Origin: the human T2T-CHM13v2.0 reference genome, Homo sapiens
DNA length: 64,000 bases
NCBI RefSeq assembly: GCF_009914755.1
Contig: NC_060942.1
Direction: 5' to 3' (one strand)
The notes under the pieces are model-generated. The model saw nothing but the letters and a program-made list of their open reading frames with translations, searched no databases and was not told the DNA's origin. The position numbers and the translations under genes are program-made. The stretch's first letter is position 1, and each line of letters begins with the position of its first letter. Of this stretch, positions 25,851 to 36,661 are shown piece after piece.

Positions 25851-26967
25851 TGTCCTACCAGAGTCATGGGCAGTGACTGAACTGGAATCATCAGAACTGC
25901 AGAGCCAAGGAGCTGAGGGTTAAGCTCAAGATTACTGGAGCCCAGGACTTCTCTATTCATCTAGGAGTGAAGTAATCCAATGAAAAGTCAAAAGACTTTA
26001 GTTATCAGTGTACAGGGAAAACCTAGAGAACAAGGACTTGGTGAGTCATGGAATCTTGGACTTAGAAAAGATAAAAGTCTGCATGTAGAAGTCAGTAGTT
26101 TTAATAGTGATCTCACATTCAGAGCATTACATGATTCAGGGTTCATCTTCCTTCGCCATCCTTCAAAGCACATAGTCCAGAGATCATTTCGTTTTCTATA
26201 CATGGTTCCTCACATGCTGAGGAAGACGGGACAATGTTCTTGGCCTCTCCTTCCCACTGGGCCTCCACAGGGGAAAATTAGCAGCATTCATTTTTTCCAT
26301 TTTAAAGAAATAATCCGCTTTTCTTTTCAGAAAGCAGTTTTCCAATGCTCTGAGGTTTACGTTCATGCCTCACTGGGCCTGATTTACTCAGTGTCATCTG
26401 AGCAAAGAGGCGCCCTGGGATGGCCCAGCATTAGAGCTGGTGCTTGAGCCCAGATGCACGCACAGAATGGTACATGAAGCAGGCAGAAGGTGGAGACCAT
26501 ATATTTCTTTTAATGCAGTAAAGAAAAAGTATTCACATAGAATGAATATTTAAATAAATGAGTAATGTAATTATTTTTCAGTTCCATTCAATTAAAAAAT
26601 ATTTATTCAAATTAAAAGGGAATATGCCTGAGCCCCTTACTAGCTGACATTGGTGATTTCTCTAGCGCTTTCTCCCTTAGAGAGCCACTAGCCTTCTTCT
26701 CCTTCCAGAGGCTGGGGATGCTCTCACTTTTCTTTCCTATACTCTATGGAGGGACAGATAAGCAGGAAACTTCCTCTACATAGAAACACTAGTGAGTCAA
26801 TTTCCAAACCCAGAGACATTTTGGTGCATTACACTCACTAATATAACATGGAGACATTGTTATCAGAGAGGTCTCTAACAAAGTTTTCTCTGTGCTATTT
26901 TATCTATGTGAGGGAGGTGGGAATTTCTTCAATATCAAAAACCTCCTTTAATATTGAGCAGTTTTTT

Positions 26968-27000
26968 GCACTTGATCTTAGCCAAAAGGCCAAGTAGCAC
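26968..27000 (-). pseudogene. 3'-truncated U2 snRNA retrocopy (about the first 33 nt of U2)
   Basis: cacttgatcttagccaaaaggccaagtagc is the reverse complement of the U2 5' end (ATCGCTTCTCGGCCTTTTGGCTAAGATCAAGTG), with a 23-nt exact core. Confidence 0.85.
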
Positions 27001-27084
27001 TGAAATGTTTTTTGTTTGTTTGCCCCCTCCACACACCTTCTCTCTCTAGTCACCTCTCTCATATTTTAATTAACTCGTAAGTTC

Positions 27085-27245
27085 AGTGCTTCTCAAATTT
27101 GGTGTGTAACAGAATCTTCTGTAGAAACTTGTGAAAAAAAAAAAAAAAAGAAAAAGAAAGAACAAGGCCCAGGTGTTCTATCTCAGTGAGGCTGTTGTCT
27201 TTATTAGCTCCCCAGGTGATTCTAATATATACCAAAGTTTTAATA
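27085..27245. mobile_element. MER5-like MITE with internal poly-A expansion
   Basis: cagtgcttctcaaattt...agaatc...agctccccaggtgattctaatatataccaaagttt. Confidence 0.6.
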
Positions 27246-28751
27246 TGTCTATGGTTTCATGTTTACACGAGATAACACTATGCTTTGTTACTCCATAATA
27301 TCCTCTTTTTTTCCTAATGTGGTTGTTTACTCAATGATACATTCTTTTTACTTACTAGAGTTGAATCATTTTTGATTCTTGGAAGCTATTAACTATCAGA
27401 TTCTCTTTATTAGAAGTTATTGTCATGACAAACACTTAGGTAAATGGCGATTTTGTCAATTTATGCTGAATATCTCTTGGTTTAGGAACTTTATGTTAAC
27501 TGTTATTCTTTTAAGACTAGACCATTGTACCATGACTAAAAACAGACAGTAAACCATGGATATCAAGAGAATAATAGCGAGAGGTTTGTAAGTGTGTATT
27601 GTGGGGCACCAGCAATTTATTTTTCAGAAAGCCTTATTAAATGCATCTCTACGGATTGCCATGGTTTATGGCAGAAGTGATGTGATGATTTGTATTAGAG
27701 TTTTAATAAGTTTAGAGTTGAAAAATTTATTCTGCTTTCAGTTCCTTCCCTCTGGCTGACAGTTAATGTCCAAGGTACTTAATCAGAGAAACTACCATGG
27801 GAGGTCTAATAATACTGTGCAACAAAGGGAAAAGCACATCTCTAGGATCAATTTCAGAGCCAGCTGTATTTTCTCCTTAAAGAAATAATAACTCAAATGA
27901 GATAAGGTCCTGCCTTCAAGGAGATTTCAGTCCAGAAAAAGATCTGATCCATCACAGTGCTTTTGTTTTTTATTATATTGGGTGGTGTTTTGTCTTTCTT
28001 TATTTCTTTCTTTCATGGTAAGGACTCAATGGAAGCTGAAATTCCCCGAGGAGTGTTTTAGCATCTTATCTCTAGTTTCTTGCCTCTAAAAGTTGAAGTT
28101 ACAGTAGCACAGTATACATGTTTCTCCTTCTTGCTTATCCTGGAGACTTCCTGCTTAAATATATATTGAAATGGTTGCAAATATTTTCATTGCCAAGAAA
28201 ATAAACTGCAAATTGTTTGGTTGTTTGGCATTCAGAGTGCTATGGGCATAGATCCTTGATGGCAGATTGACTGTATGGCTATAGCTATCATATGATGACT
28301 CTTCAATCCCTTTATGACTTTTATGAGAGAACCCCACCACATCCTCCAGAGGCTGCTGTAACGATTAACAGCAACTGCAAATAACTTTGCAAAAGGAAAT
28401 TATACTTTGAGTGGAAGAGCCTAGATTTAAGGTAATGAAATCCCTGAAAACTATAGCCTATGTGTTAAGATTTATTCTTTAAGTTGGTTAGATATCAAAC
28501 TACGATTCTGGCCTTTGAACTCTTAATGGTGAAGATTTTTATCTTACATGATGAACACATTACAACAATTTTGTTATCTGAACATTGAGTAAGTTAGTAG
28601 CCACAACGAAGAGGTCAGCCTTATATTTTATATCCTTAACTATGAGTTCTATTTCAAGATGATGTATTCACCAAATCTTTATTAGTTTCCCCAACAATAC
28701 TGTGGGCATTGATATAAAAAGTTTATAGGAATTGAAAAATTAACCCCCCCA

Positions 28752-28772
28752 AATATATATCTCTATATATCT

Positions 28773-28808
<36 letters not shown>

Positions 28809-29095
28809 TTTGAGACAGAGTCTCGCTGTGTCTCCCAGGCTGGAGTACAGTGGTGCGATCTCGGCTCACTGCAACCTCTCCCTCCTGGGTTCAAGCAATT
28901 CTCCTGCGTCAGCCTCCTGAGTAGCTAGGATTACAGGCATGTGCCACCACACCTGGCTAATTTGTTTGTATTTTTAGTAGAGACGGGGTTTCGCCATGAT
29001 GGCCAGGCTGGTCTCAAACCCCTGACCTCAGGTGATCTGCCTGCCTCAGCCTCCTAAAGTGCTGGGATTACAGGGGTGAGCCACTGTGCCCAGCC
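28752..29095 (-). mobile_element. AluS, antisense, with tail converted to a (TCTA)n/(TA)n microsatellite
   Basis: Full antisense dimer at 28808-29095 preceded by ctatctat repeats. Confidence 0.95.
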
Positions 29096-29371
29096 CATAT
29101 ATATATATATATTTTAAAGGTGGGAGTATATATACAAAAGACAACAACAATTTGTAGGAAAGATAAATCAGATACAGGGGGAAGACAGATGAATCAAGGC
29201 TGTTGAAGCTGCAGCCAACCAAATTTCCCCAATAATAATTTCCACAGGTGGTTGTTAAATTTACCAGTTTGTAATTACCAAATTGTTATGGGGCCTGGCA
29301 AACCACTCTGTAACAGGGGCCCCAGATGCTTGTGATATTCAGAATGATTAGGTAAACTGTGGCGTGGAGCC

Positions 29372-29560
29372 ATGGCTGTCAGAAAGTGTGGTCCCTGATC
29401 AGCTGCATCAGCATCATCTGGGAACTTGTTAAAAATGAAAATTGTTTAGCTTTATTCCAGATCTGTTGAATCAAAGATGATGGTGGTGGAGCCCAAACAA
29501 TCCATGTTTTAACAAGCCCTTCAGGTGATTCTGGTGCACACTCAAGTATAAAAACTACTG
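29372..29560. mobile_element. MER5A
   Basis: aaagtgtggtccctgatcagctgcatcagcatcatctgggaacttgttaaaaatg...ttttaacaagcccttcaggtgattctg...actactg. Confidence 0.8.
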
Positions 29561-29850
29561 GTTTAGACCAGGCCCAGTTTGATTGCAGTTGATCTGGCCG
29601 GCTGAATGTTGAAGACGCTTCAGTACCAAGAAAAAACCCCAAGGTAGGAGTGAGGGAGAAAGGGCAGAATGAGGAAGTGGGGATATTAATGAGATATCTA
29701 ATTCTATCGCTGTAGCTACATCTTCTTCCCTGTTTACTTTGTGCAGAATACTCAACAAGTAGCCATTACTCCCAAGGTAAAAGAAGCAGCATCTTCTTAA
29801 AAACTGAGTAGACTGGAGAGGTCAGAGCAGCAAAGAACTCTGCATTCTGT

Positions 29851-31233
29851 TGAAATGGCAAAGGTTCCCTTGTTCCCCTCGCAGAGTGTGTGATGGGGGT
29901 ATGGCTTGCTTCTTCAGTGCCCCGCTGCTCACCCCTCTAGGGGAGCATACAGTCGGGTCCTGGTTACTGCCTGTTTTCTCCAGCCCCACTCATGGCTGCT
30001 GGACTAGCCTTTGCCTGCTGGGAAAGGTTAAGGAGAGGTGCCCTGAACCATGAGTGTCTGCGGCTGTCGAGGTGAAGGCATATATGACACCTCTAGGAAT
30101 AGTTAGTGTGATTTACACCTTCGGCAGCTGAGCCAAATCCTCACTTTACTTAGTAACATTGCTGTAGCCTGTACCAAAACTCTTTACATTGTAAAGAAAG
30201 TGATAAGAGCCATTTCAAACCATGTGAGAGAAAAGAGAGAAAGTCTGGGGCTTTTGACCAGCCCAGTTAGAGTGGAGTTTTTTAAAGCCCGGTGAAGGGA
30301 AACAGAGCCTCTTACCAGCAGGAAAAGGTGGCAGGGTTTTGGAGGAAAGGCAGACCTGACAGTTTCCCTTCGTCCACGCTCACCTTCCAGGATCCTGGGT
30401 GAGGCCCCAGTTGAAACGGGAAAGGTTCGCCTGTCCCCCTCGCAGGGTGTGTGACATGGGGAGTGGCTCGTTTCTTCACTGCCTCACTGCTCATGCTTCT
30501 AGGGGAGCATACAGATGGGCAGGCTATGGGGTTCCAACCCCATGGCAGTGTCTAGGGGTGAATGTTTACAGCTCCTGAAGCCCCAGTGGGCGTGTGTGAT
30601 ACGGGGTGCTCTCTTAGTTTGCTGTCTACCGGAGGCTTGTGTTAAGCAGCTCAAGTAGACTCTCTACCTTGTCGCAAGGACAGATCTTTCTGTATCCCGG
30701 GTTCTTGCCTTGGTGTACTGGAATAATCAGATCACACGTGAGCTTGGAGAATGAGTGCAAAGTTTTACTGAATGGAAGTAGCTCTCAGCCAATGGGGGAG
30801 CCAGAAGGGAGATGGTTTTCCCCCAGAGTTGGGCTGCTGGGTGGCCCCAGCTTTCCTCCAACTGCCGGGTCAAACTCTGCCTCGTCCCGCCGGTAGATGG
30901 CCTGCAGGCCTGCCACTATTAGTTGGTGTGCTCTTCTGCCAGAGTGCTCCCTCATGCCCTCTTGCCATCCAGCCACTTGTGTCTTCTTCCGCCGATGTGC
31001 TCCTCTTGACGTCTGGCCGCCTGTGTGTCTGCCCACTAGGGTCTCAGGCTTTTACAGGCCCAGGATGGGAATGTGGTCTTGGAAAATGCAACATTTGGGT
31101 GTGAAAGTAGGAGTGCTCATGCTCACCTAGGTCCGTGAGGGTGGAGCCCCAGCCAGGGACCTGCCTTTCTCTACCCGGCACTTCCCTGCCCCCTTCATTT
31201 AAAGGGTCTTCCCTTCCCAGCACTCCTGTATCA
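29851..31233 (-). mobile_element. Internally deleted HUERS-P-type ERV1 provirus: full 5' LTR (30412-31233), tRNA-Pro-like PBS (30392-30409), leader, terminal ~100 bp of 3' LTR (29851-29952)
   Basis: Perfect TSD CTGT (29847-29850, 31234-31237). 29851-29952 is a diverged direct repeat of 30412-30514. The minus-strand PBS tggggcctcacccaggat matches TGGGGGCTCGTCCGGGAT at 14/18. Confidence 0.85.
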
Positions 31234-32229
31234 CTGTCATCAAGATGTTCCCAGCACAATAGGGAACTTCTTTCTCACTCACACTACAGAAGAGTTGGAT
31301 ACTGACTTTCTCCCCAATCAACAGACACAAGCAAATATTTCAACTGGCTCACACTTAATATAAATTTACAACAGTATCACCAGACATTTACAAAATTTTT
31401 GCAACACAACAGAGAAAGGCAAAAGTGAACAGTAGAAAAATAAAATAATCCCAAGATAATTGAAGGAAACAATTTTATAATAAATACTAGTACTCTTAGA
31501 GGAAATTGATGAAACATTGTACATATTTATAAACCAATAAAAGAAACTCCAAAAGAAGAACAAAAATGAGCTCTTAAACATTTAATTTATTATATTTATA
31601 ACTTATAGTTTTAAAATGTATTAGGTTTGTTAAGAACTTAGATATTTTAGTAGAAATTTTAAAAGAAAAAGAAGGGTTCAAGGAATACAGGAAGTCTATA
31701 AGATCTGTTCTATTTTTAAAAAAGCTGGAAGAAAAAGTAGGATTAGGTCAAGAGTTCTAGAGTATCCGGGTAGCAAGAAAACCAGAAAAGATTAAATGGA
31801 GGGGAAGGACGTTTACAAATATATAAAATAACATCCCTGAGAGATCTTCTGATTGAAAGGGTCTACCAAGTGCTGAGCCAGGTTGCAGGAGGTGGGGATG
31901 GGCGGGGAAAGCTTATAGTGGATCTACTATACGATTTAAGAAAATGAAGGATAAATAAAAGTTTCAGAGAAAAACGCACATACATACCAAAACATACTCA
32001 GTCTCCCTGTGACTCCTCAACAAACTAAGTGTAAAATCATAAAACAATGTTCCTTATTACTTTGAGAAAAGTTTTCTGCAAACTAGTTATTTAAACATTC
32101 AAACTATTAATCATGTGAGTATAAAATACATTGTCAGATGCACAAGGGCTCAGAAAGTGTCTCAAATCTTTGCTAGAAAGTTAATTTTTGTAACCACGTA
32201 TCCAAGAGGAGAAAGTCCTTGACTAGCAA

Positions 32230-32446
32230 TAGGTTTGGGACTAGCATGAGGCCAAAGGTGCAAGTTCAGAGCCTTTTTGTGTGTGTTTTGATTTTGTTTT
32301 TCCATTATGGGATTTTTTGCATTTATTTTTACTTTTTAAAAAATTACCTTATAAAATGTTATTTATCTTAAAATTGAGTGTTTTGGTGCCCCGTTAACTT
32401 TTATGTCCACACATCTGCCTCGCTAGTCTCATCTCAGTCCTGTCCT
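32230..32446. mobile_element. hAT-type MITE (MER96-like)
   Basis: Ends gggactagcatgagg ... cctcgctagtctcatctcagtcc show inverted similarity around an AT-rich core ttatttatcttaaaattgagtgttttggtgcccc. Confidence 0.45.
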
Positions 32447-32453
32447 TAACTAG

Positions 32454-32906
32454 TGTATGAGTTTCCTATGGCTGCCATAACAAACTGGATGGCTGAAAAA
32501 CAGAAGTTTATTCTGATAGTTGTGGAGGCCAGAAGTCTCAAATCAAAGTGTCAGGAGGGACCACAGTGGCCCTGAAGGCCATGAGGAGAACTCAGGCCTT
32601 GCCTTCTCAGGCTTCTGTTGGCCCCATAAGTTATTTGGCTTGTGGCTGCTTCACTCCAATCTCAGTCTCCATAATCACACTACCTTCTCCTCCTCTGGGT
32701 GTCTTCCCCTCTGTATGTCCATCTCAAAATTCCCATCTGTGTGTCTCACTGGATTTAGAGCCCACCATGATAGCCCAGAATGATCATCTCATCTCAAGAT
32801 CCTTAATTACAAAAATCCTTTAAAAGAAATAAGGTAACATTTACAGGTTCTGGGGAGTAGGATGTAAATGTATTTTTTTGGTGGTGGGGACAATATTCAG
32901 CCCATC
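32454..32906 (-). mobile_element. MaLR LTR, MLT1C-like
   Basis: tgtatgagtttcctatggctgccataacaaa...ggaggccagaagtctcaaatcaaagtgtc...catctcaagatccttaattac...attcagccca. Confidence 0.82.
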
Positions 32907-33569
32907 AGAAGCAGCAAGCAGTGGATGCAAAATCAGGAAATAATAAAGGAACATTCCAGAAAGATACCTGTGCAGCTGACCTAAAGAGTATCTAGTCCAG
33001 ACTAAAGCAGAAGAGAATCTAGGAGGCAGATCTCCAGGGAAAAAAAAAGATTTGGTAGAATCAGTGGGATGTTTGAGGGAGCAAATGAGGCGATTATAAA
33101 GGCAAATTTTTTTAAGTAAGAAATGCCAAGTGTATCTATGGCAGAAGGTAGATGGAAAAATGGAAAGGAGAGCTAAAAGCAGTGGACAAGGACAGCAGTC
33201 TCTTCTTGCTGTGTATAAAATGAAAGATTATCTAATCTTGATAGAAGGAAAAACAAAGAGCTGCAACAATTGTATTACTTACAAGGGTTTTTAATGGTCA
33301 CCAATATAGATAATCCAAATAGCAATATACTAAGCGAAGCAAATCGTGGCAAAAGTGAACCAAATCCTCAGCTATCATACTAAGAAGTCAGTAAATAATG
33401 TCTAAAGTTGAAAAACTTAAGGAAGAAATACACTATGTAGAGACGTGAAAGAAGCTGCAAGTAAAGTTTTAAAAGTTTTCGATAGAGAGTGAAACTATTG
33501 TATGCAAGTTTATTTCCTTTGGTGTTTTAAATGTGCACTAATACATAAAAATAAAAGAACTTGTAACAC

Positions 33570-35590
33570 TTTCTTCAGTTGCATGCCTTGGGAATGTCTT
33601 TTAATGAATCTTGGGGTGTCTTTAATAAATAGAATTTTTTAATTTTTTGCATTGTCTTATAATGCCTATTTCACTATTAAACTCTGTGAACCGTTAACAT
33701 TTTTTTCCAGGCATTGGCTGATACATTATTAAAATGCAGTGAAATGAAATAACATAAAAATAAAGACATTCTAAATCCAAACAATTTTAAAATCATACTC
33801 AATAGACCCTTTCCCCATCAAATTGTTGTTAAAGTTTCTAAAAGCTTCCTTTAGATACATATTTCCCATATCTCATACTGGTAACACAAAGCTCGCAGAT
33901 TTTGATAATTTTGAGAGGCATAATTTGAGTAATTGCCTAGTTTTTTCTTTTTCTTTTCTCGTCATTAAAGTCTTTAGTAGTTTTGTTTTTACTGTCTTGC
34001 CTGAGAAAACCTTTCCTAAACCAAGGTTGTCAAGATATTCTGTTTTATTATCCTCTAAAAGTTTTGTCACTTTATTTTCCACACTTAGGCATCAAATACA
34101 CATGGGCATTGTATATGATAGGAGATAGGGTTGTAATTTTATTTTACCTTATCAATATCCAATTGTGCCCTGCTCATCAACTGATAGGATCATACTTTTC
34201 CCACTGCTTTCCAGTGACTTAAAAACATATATGACATATCAAGAGTCCATTAATGTATGATGTGTTTCAGGACTCAGCATTCTGCATCAGTGTTCTATAT
34301 GCCTAGCATAAATCAAATGTCAATTTAATTGTTGTGCTGAGATAAGTTGATGTTCTTGGAAAATTATCTTTCACCTTGTTCTTTTCAAGTGTATGTTGGC
34401 TTCTGATGGCCCTTTGCATATCCATAAATCTTTTTTTTTATACTTTAAGTTCTGGGATACATGTGCAGAACATGCAGGTTTGTTACATAGGTACACACGT
34501 GCCATGGTGGCTTGCTGCACCCATCATCCTGTCATCTACGTTAGGTATTTCTCCTAATCCTATCCCTCCCCAAGTGGCGCATACCCCAACAGGCCCCAGT
34601 GTGTGACGTTCCCCTCCCTGTGTCCATGTGTACTAATTGTTCAACTCCCATTTAGGAGTGAGAACATGCAGTGTTTGATTTCCTGTTCCTGTGTTAGTTT
34701 GCTGAGAATGATAGTTTCCAACTTCATCCACGTCCCTGCAAAGGACATGAACTCATCCTTTTTTATGGCTATATAGTATTCCATGGTATATATGTGTTGC
34801 ATTTTCTTTATCCAGCTTATCATTGATTAACATTTGGGTTAGTTCCAAGTCTTTGCTATTGTGAATGGTGCCATAATAAACATACATGCGCATGTGTCTT
34901 TATAGTAGAATGATTTATAATCCTTTGGGTATATATCCAGTAATGGGATTGCTGGGCCAAATGGTATTTCTAGTTCTAGATCCTTGAGGAATCACCACAC
35001 TGTCTTCCACAATGGTTGAACTAATTTACACTCCCACCAACAGTGTAAAAGCATTCCTATTTCTTCATATCCTCTCCAGCATCTGTTGCTTCCTGGCTTC
35101 TTAATAATTGCCATTCTAACTGGCATGAGATGGTATCTATTTGTGGTTTTGATTTGCATTTCTCTAATGGCATGTCCATAAATCTTTAGTTGACTTTGAT
35201 GCTTTCTCCATTAAACATGTTAAGATTTTGATTGAAATGCATTCAATTATAAATTTGGAAAGAGAAATTGACATCTTTACAGTTTTGGGATTTCCAATCT
35301 ATGGATATAATTTACTACTTCATCGTGGCCTTTTATACCTTTATTTTAAGTGTTATTAATTAACCATCAAGGTTTTTCATAGCTTTCTGCAGGTTCATTT
35401 CTAGTACATCATATTTATTTTTGCCTGACTCTTTACATAGTATTTTTAGTTGAATTTCATCTGTTTTTCCTTTATATGAGATTCAATAGATATGTAGTTA
35501 TACAAATTGACACGACCCAGGAATCTAGCTCAATTCTGTGCAATTCTAATACCTTAGCTTGACATTCTTTTGAACTTTACAGTTTTGAGA
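33570..35590 (-). mobile_element. Old L1M ORF2 fragments hosting the L1PA insertion
   Basis: gagaaaacctttcctaaaccaaggttgtcaagatattct...atatccaattgtgccc, resuming after the L1PA with gattttgattgaaatgcatt...attgacatctttacagtttt. Confidence 0.6.
34434..35169 (-). mobile_element. L1PA (PA7/8-like) 5'-truncated 3' end
   Basis: tatactttaagttctgggatacatgtgcagaac...ctaatttacactcccaccaacagtgtaaaagc. 18-bp TSD gcatatccataaatcttt (34416-34433) / gcatgtccataaatcttt (35170-35187). Confidence 0.93.
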
Positions 35591-35671
35591 TTAATAAAAT
35601 TTATGATTGTCTTGTAAAAAATTATTAATCCCAGTTTTTAGATATCTTTCAAAATATATAGTCTCTAGAGG

Positions 35672-36134
35672 TATAGGGAAGAAAAAGTAATATTTTCCTC
35701 ATCATAGCAAGGGTCATGGCTGTGACTTCTATTAATAAAAGATAATAAGAGAAAGGCATTCACATTTACTTAATCTAAGTTTTATATGACACAGGAACCT
35801 TTAGAACTGAAGACCCCCCAAAGCAGGGAAAACTGTGTATATTTATGCTTACGTTTGATGAAAATTGGATAATTATACAGAAGAATTACAACTGGAAGAA
35901 AAAGGAGTATAAGCTAATGGTAAGAAATGGGAGAACTTAGCAAGTCCTGTTTATTCAGGTTCTTTCTGGTGTCCTTGTGTGATATTACTTCCCTCCAAGT
36001 GTGAGGCAGACCACCTGTCACGTGAAGGTCTTCAGGGGAGAAGGGAGGAGGAAGGTCAGAGACCTTTCTGCTTTTGCTGTTTTCTCAATTTCCAAGCTGC
36101 CATACTTTGGAGTAGCATTTCTTGTACCCCATGA
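35672..36134 (-). mobile_element. MER67-like ERV1 solo LTR, copy 2
   Basis: Same family motifs as 14972-15830. TSD GAGG (35668-35671, 36135-36138). Confidence 0.7.
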
Positions 36135-36181
36135 GAGGGAAATATAAGGAGAGAAGTCTTAGGTGGTGAAAAGATTGGGAT

Positions 36182-36661
36182 TGTAAGAGTGGAAAGATAT
36201 GATTTCTTTCTTCCCTCATCATTAGAGTTATGTATGACATTTCTACACAAAAGACAGATTAACAAGAAAAAAAGCAGAACAAATTTATTTCATCAAAGTT
36301 TTTATTAAATAAAGACTTAAAGACCCAGGGAAAGTGTCTATTTTTATGTTCAGGTTGGATGAATAATGCTCAGCCATGTAGAAATACAACTGGACAAAAG
36401 GATCTGATCTAATGATAATAGGTTGAGAGAGGAAACCTAGCAGAGCCTGGCTGTTTGAATTCTTCTTGGTTTCATTGTGTTGCATTCCTTCCCCGCAACC
36501 CCTGCAACTTCCTTGCAGGCAAAGGAAGTCATAGAATTATTTTATGGCCAGTTATCACACAGAATAGTGCGGGAAGATCAGAGTGACTTTCTTCCTTCTG
36601 AGCCTCTCCCAATCTATTTCAGTTCAAGGTACTTTGGGATAGCATTCTCCGAGCTCCAACA
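36182..36661 (-). mobile_element. MER67-like ERV1 solo LTR, copy 3
   Basis: TG...CA ends with TSD GGAT (36178-36181, 36662-36665). Contains aaagacagattaacaagaaaaaaagc. Confidence 0.72.

Larger units (their letters stand above)
31300..33500 (+). mobile_element. Very old L1M/HAL1 ORF1-like fragments, interrupted by other elements
   Basis: A-rich sense strand with ctgattgaaagggtctaccaagtgctgagc (IERAH-like ORF1 motif) and aactagttatttaa..attcaaactattaatcatgtg. Confidence 0.45.

Noticed and set aside
25980-26447. 155-aa ORF
   Set aside because: No recognisable protein similarity or exon structure; consistent with a chance ORF.
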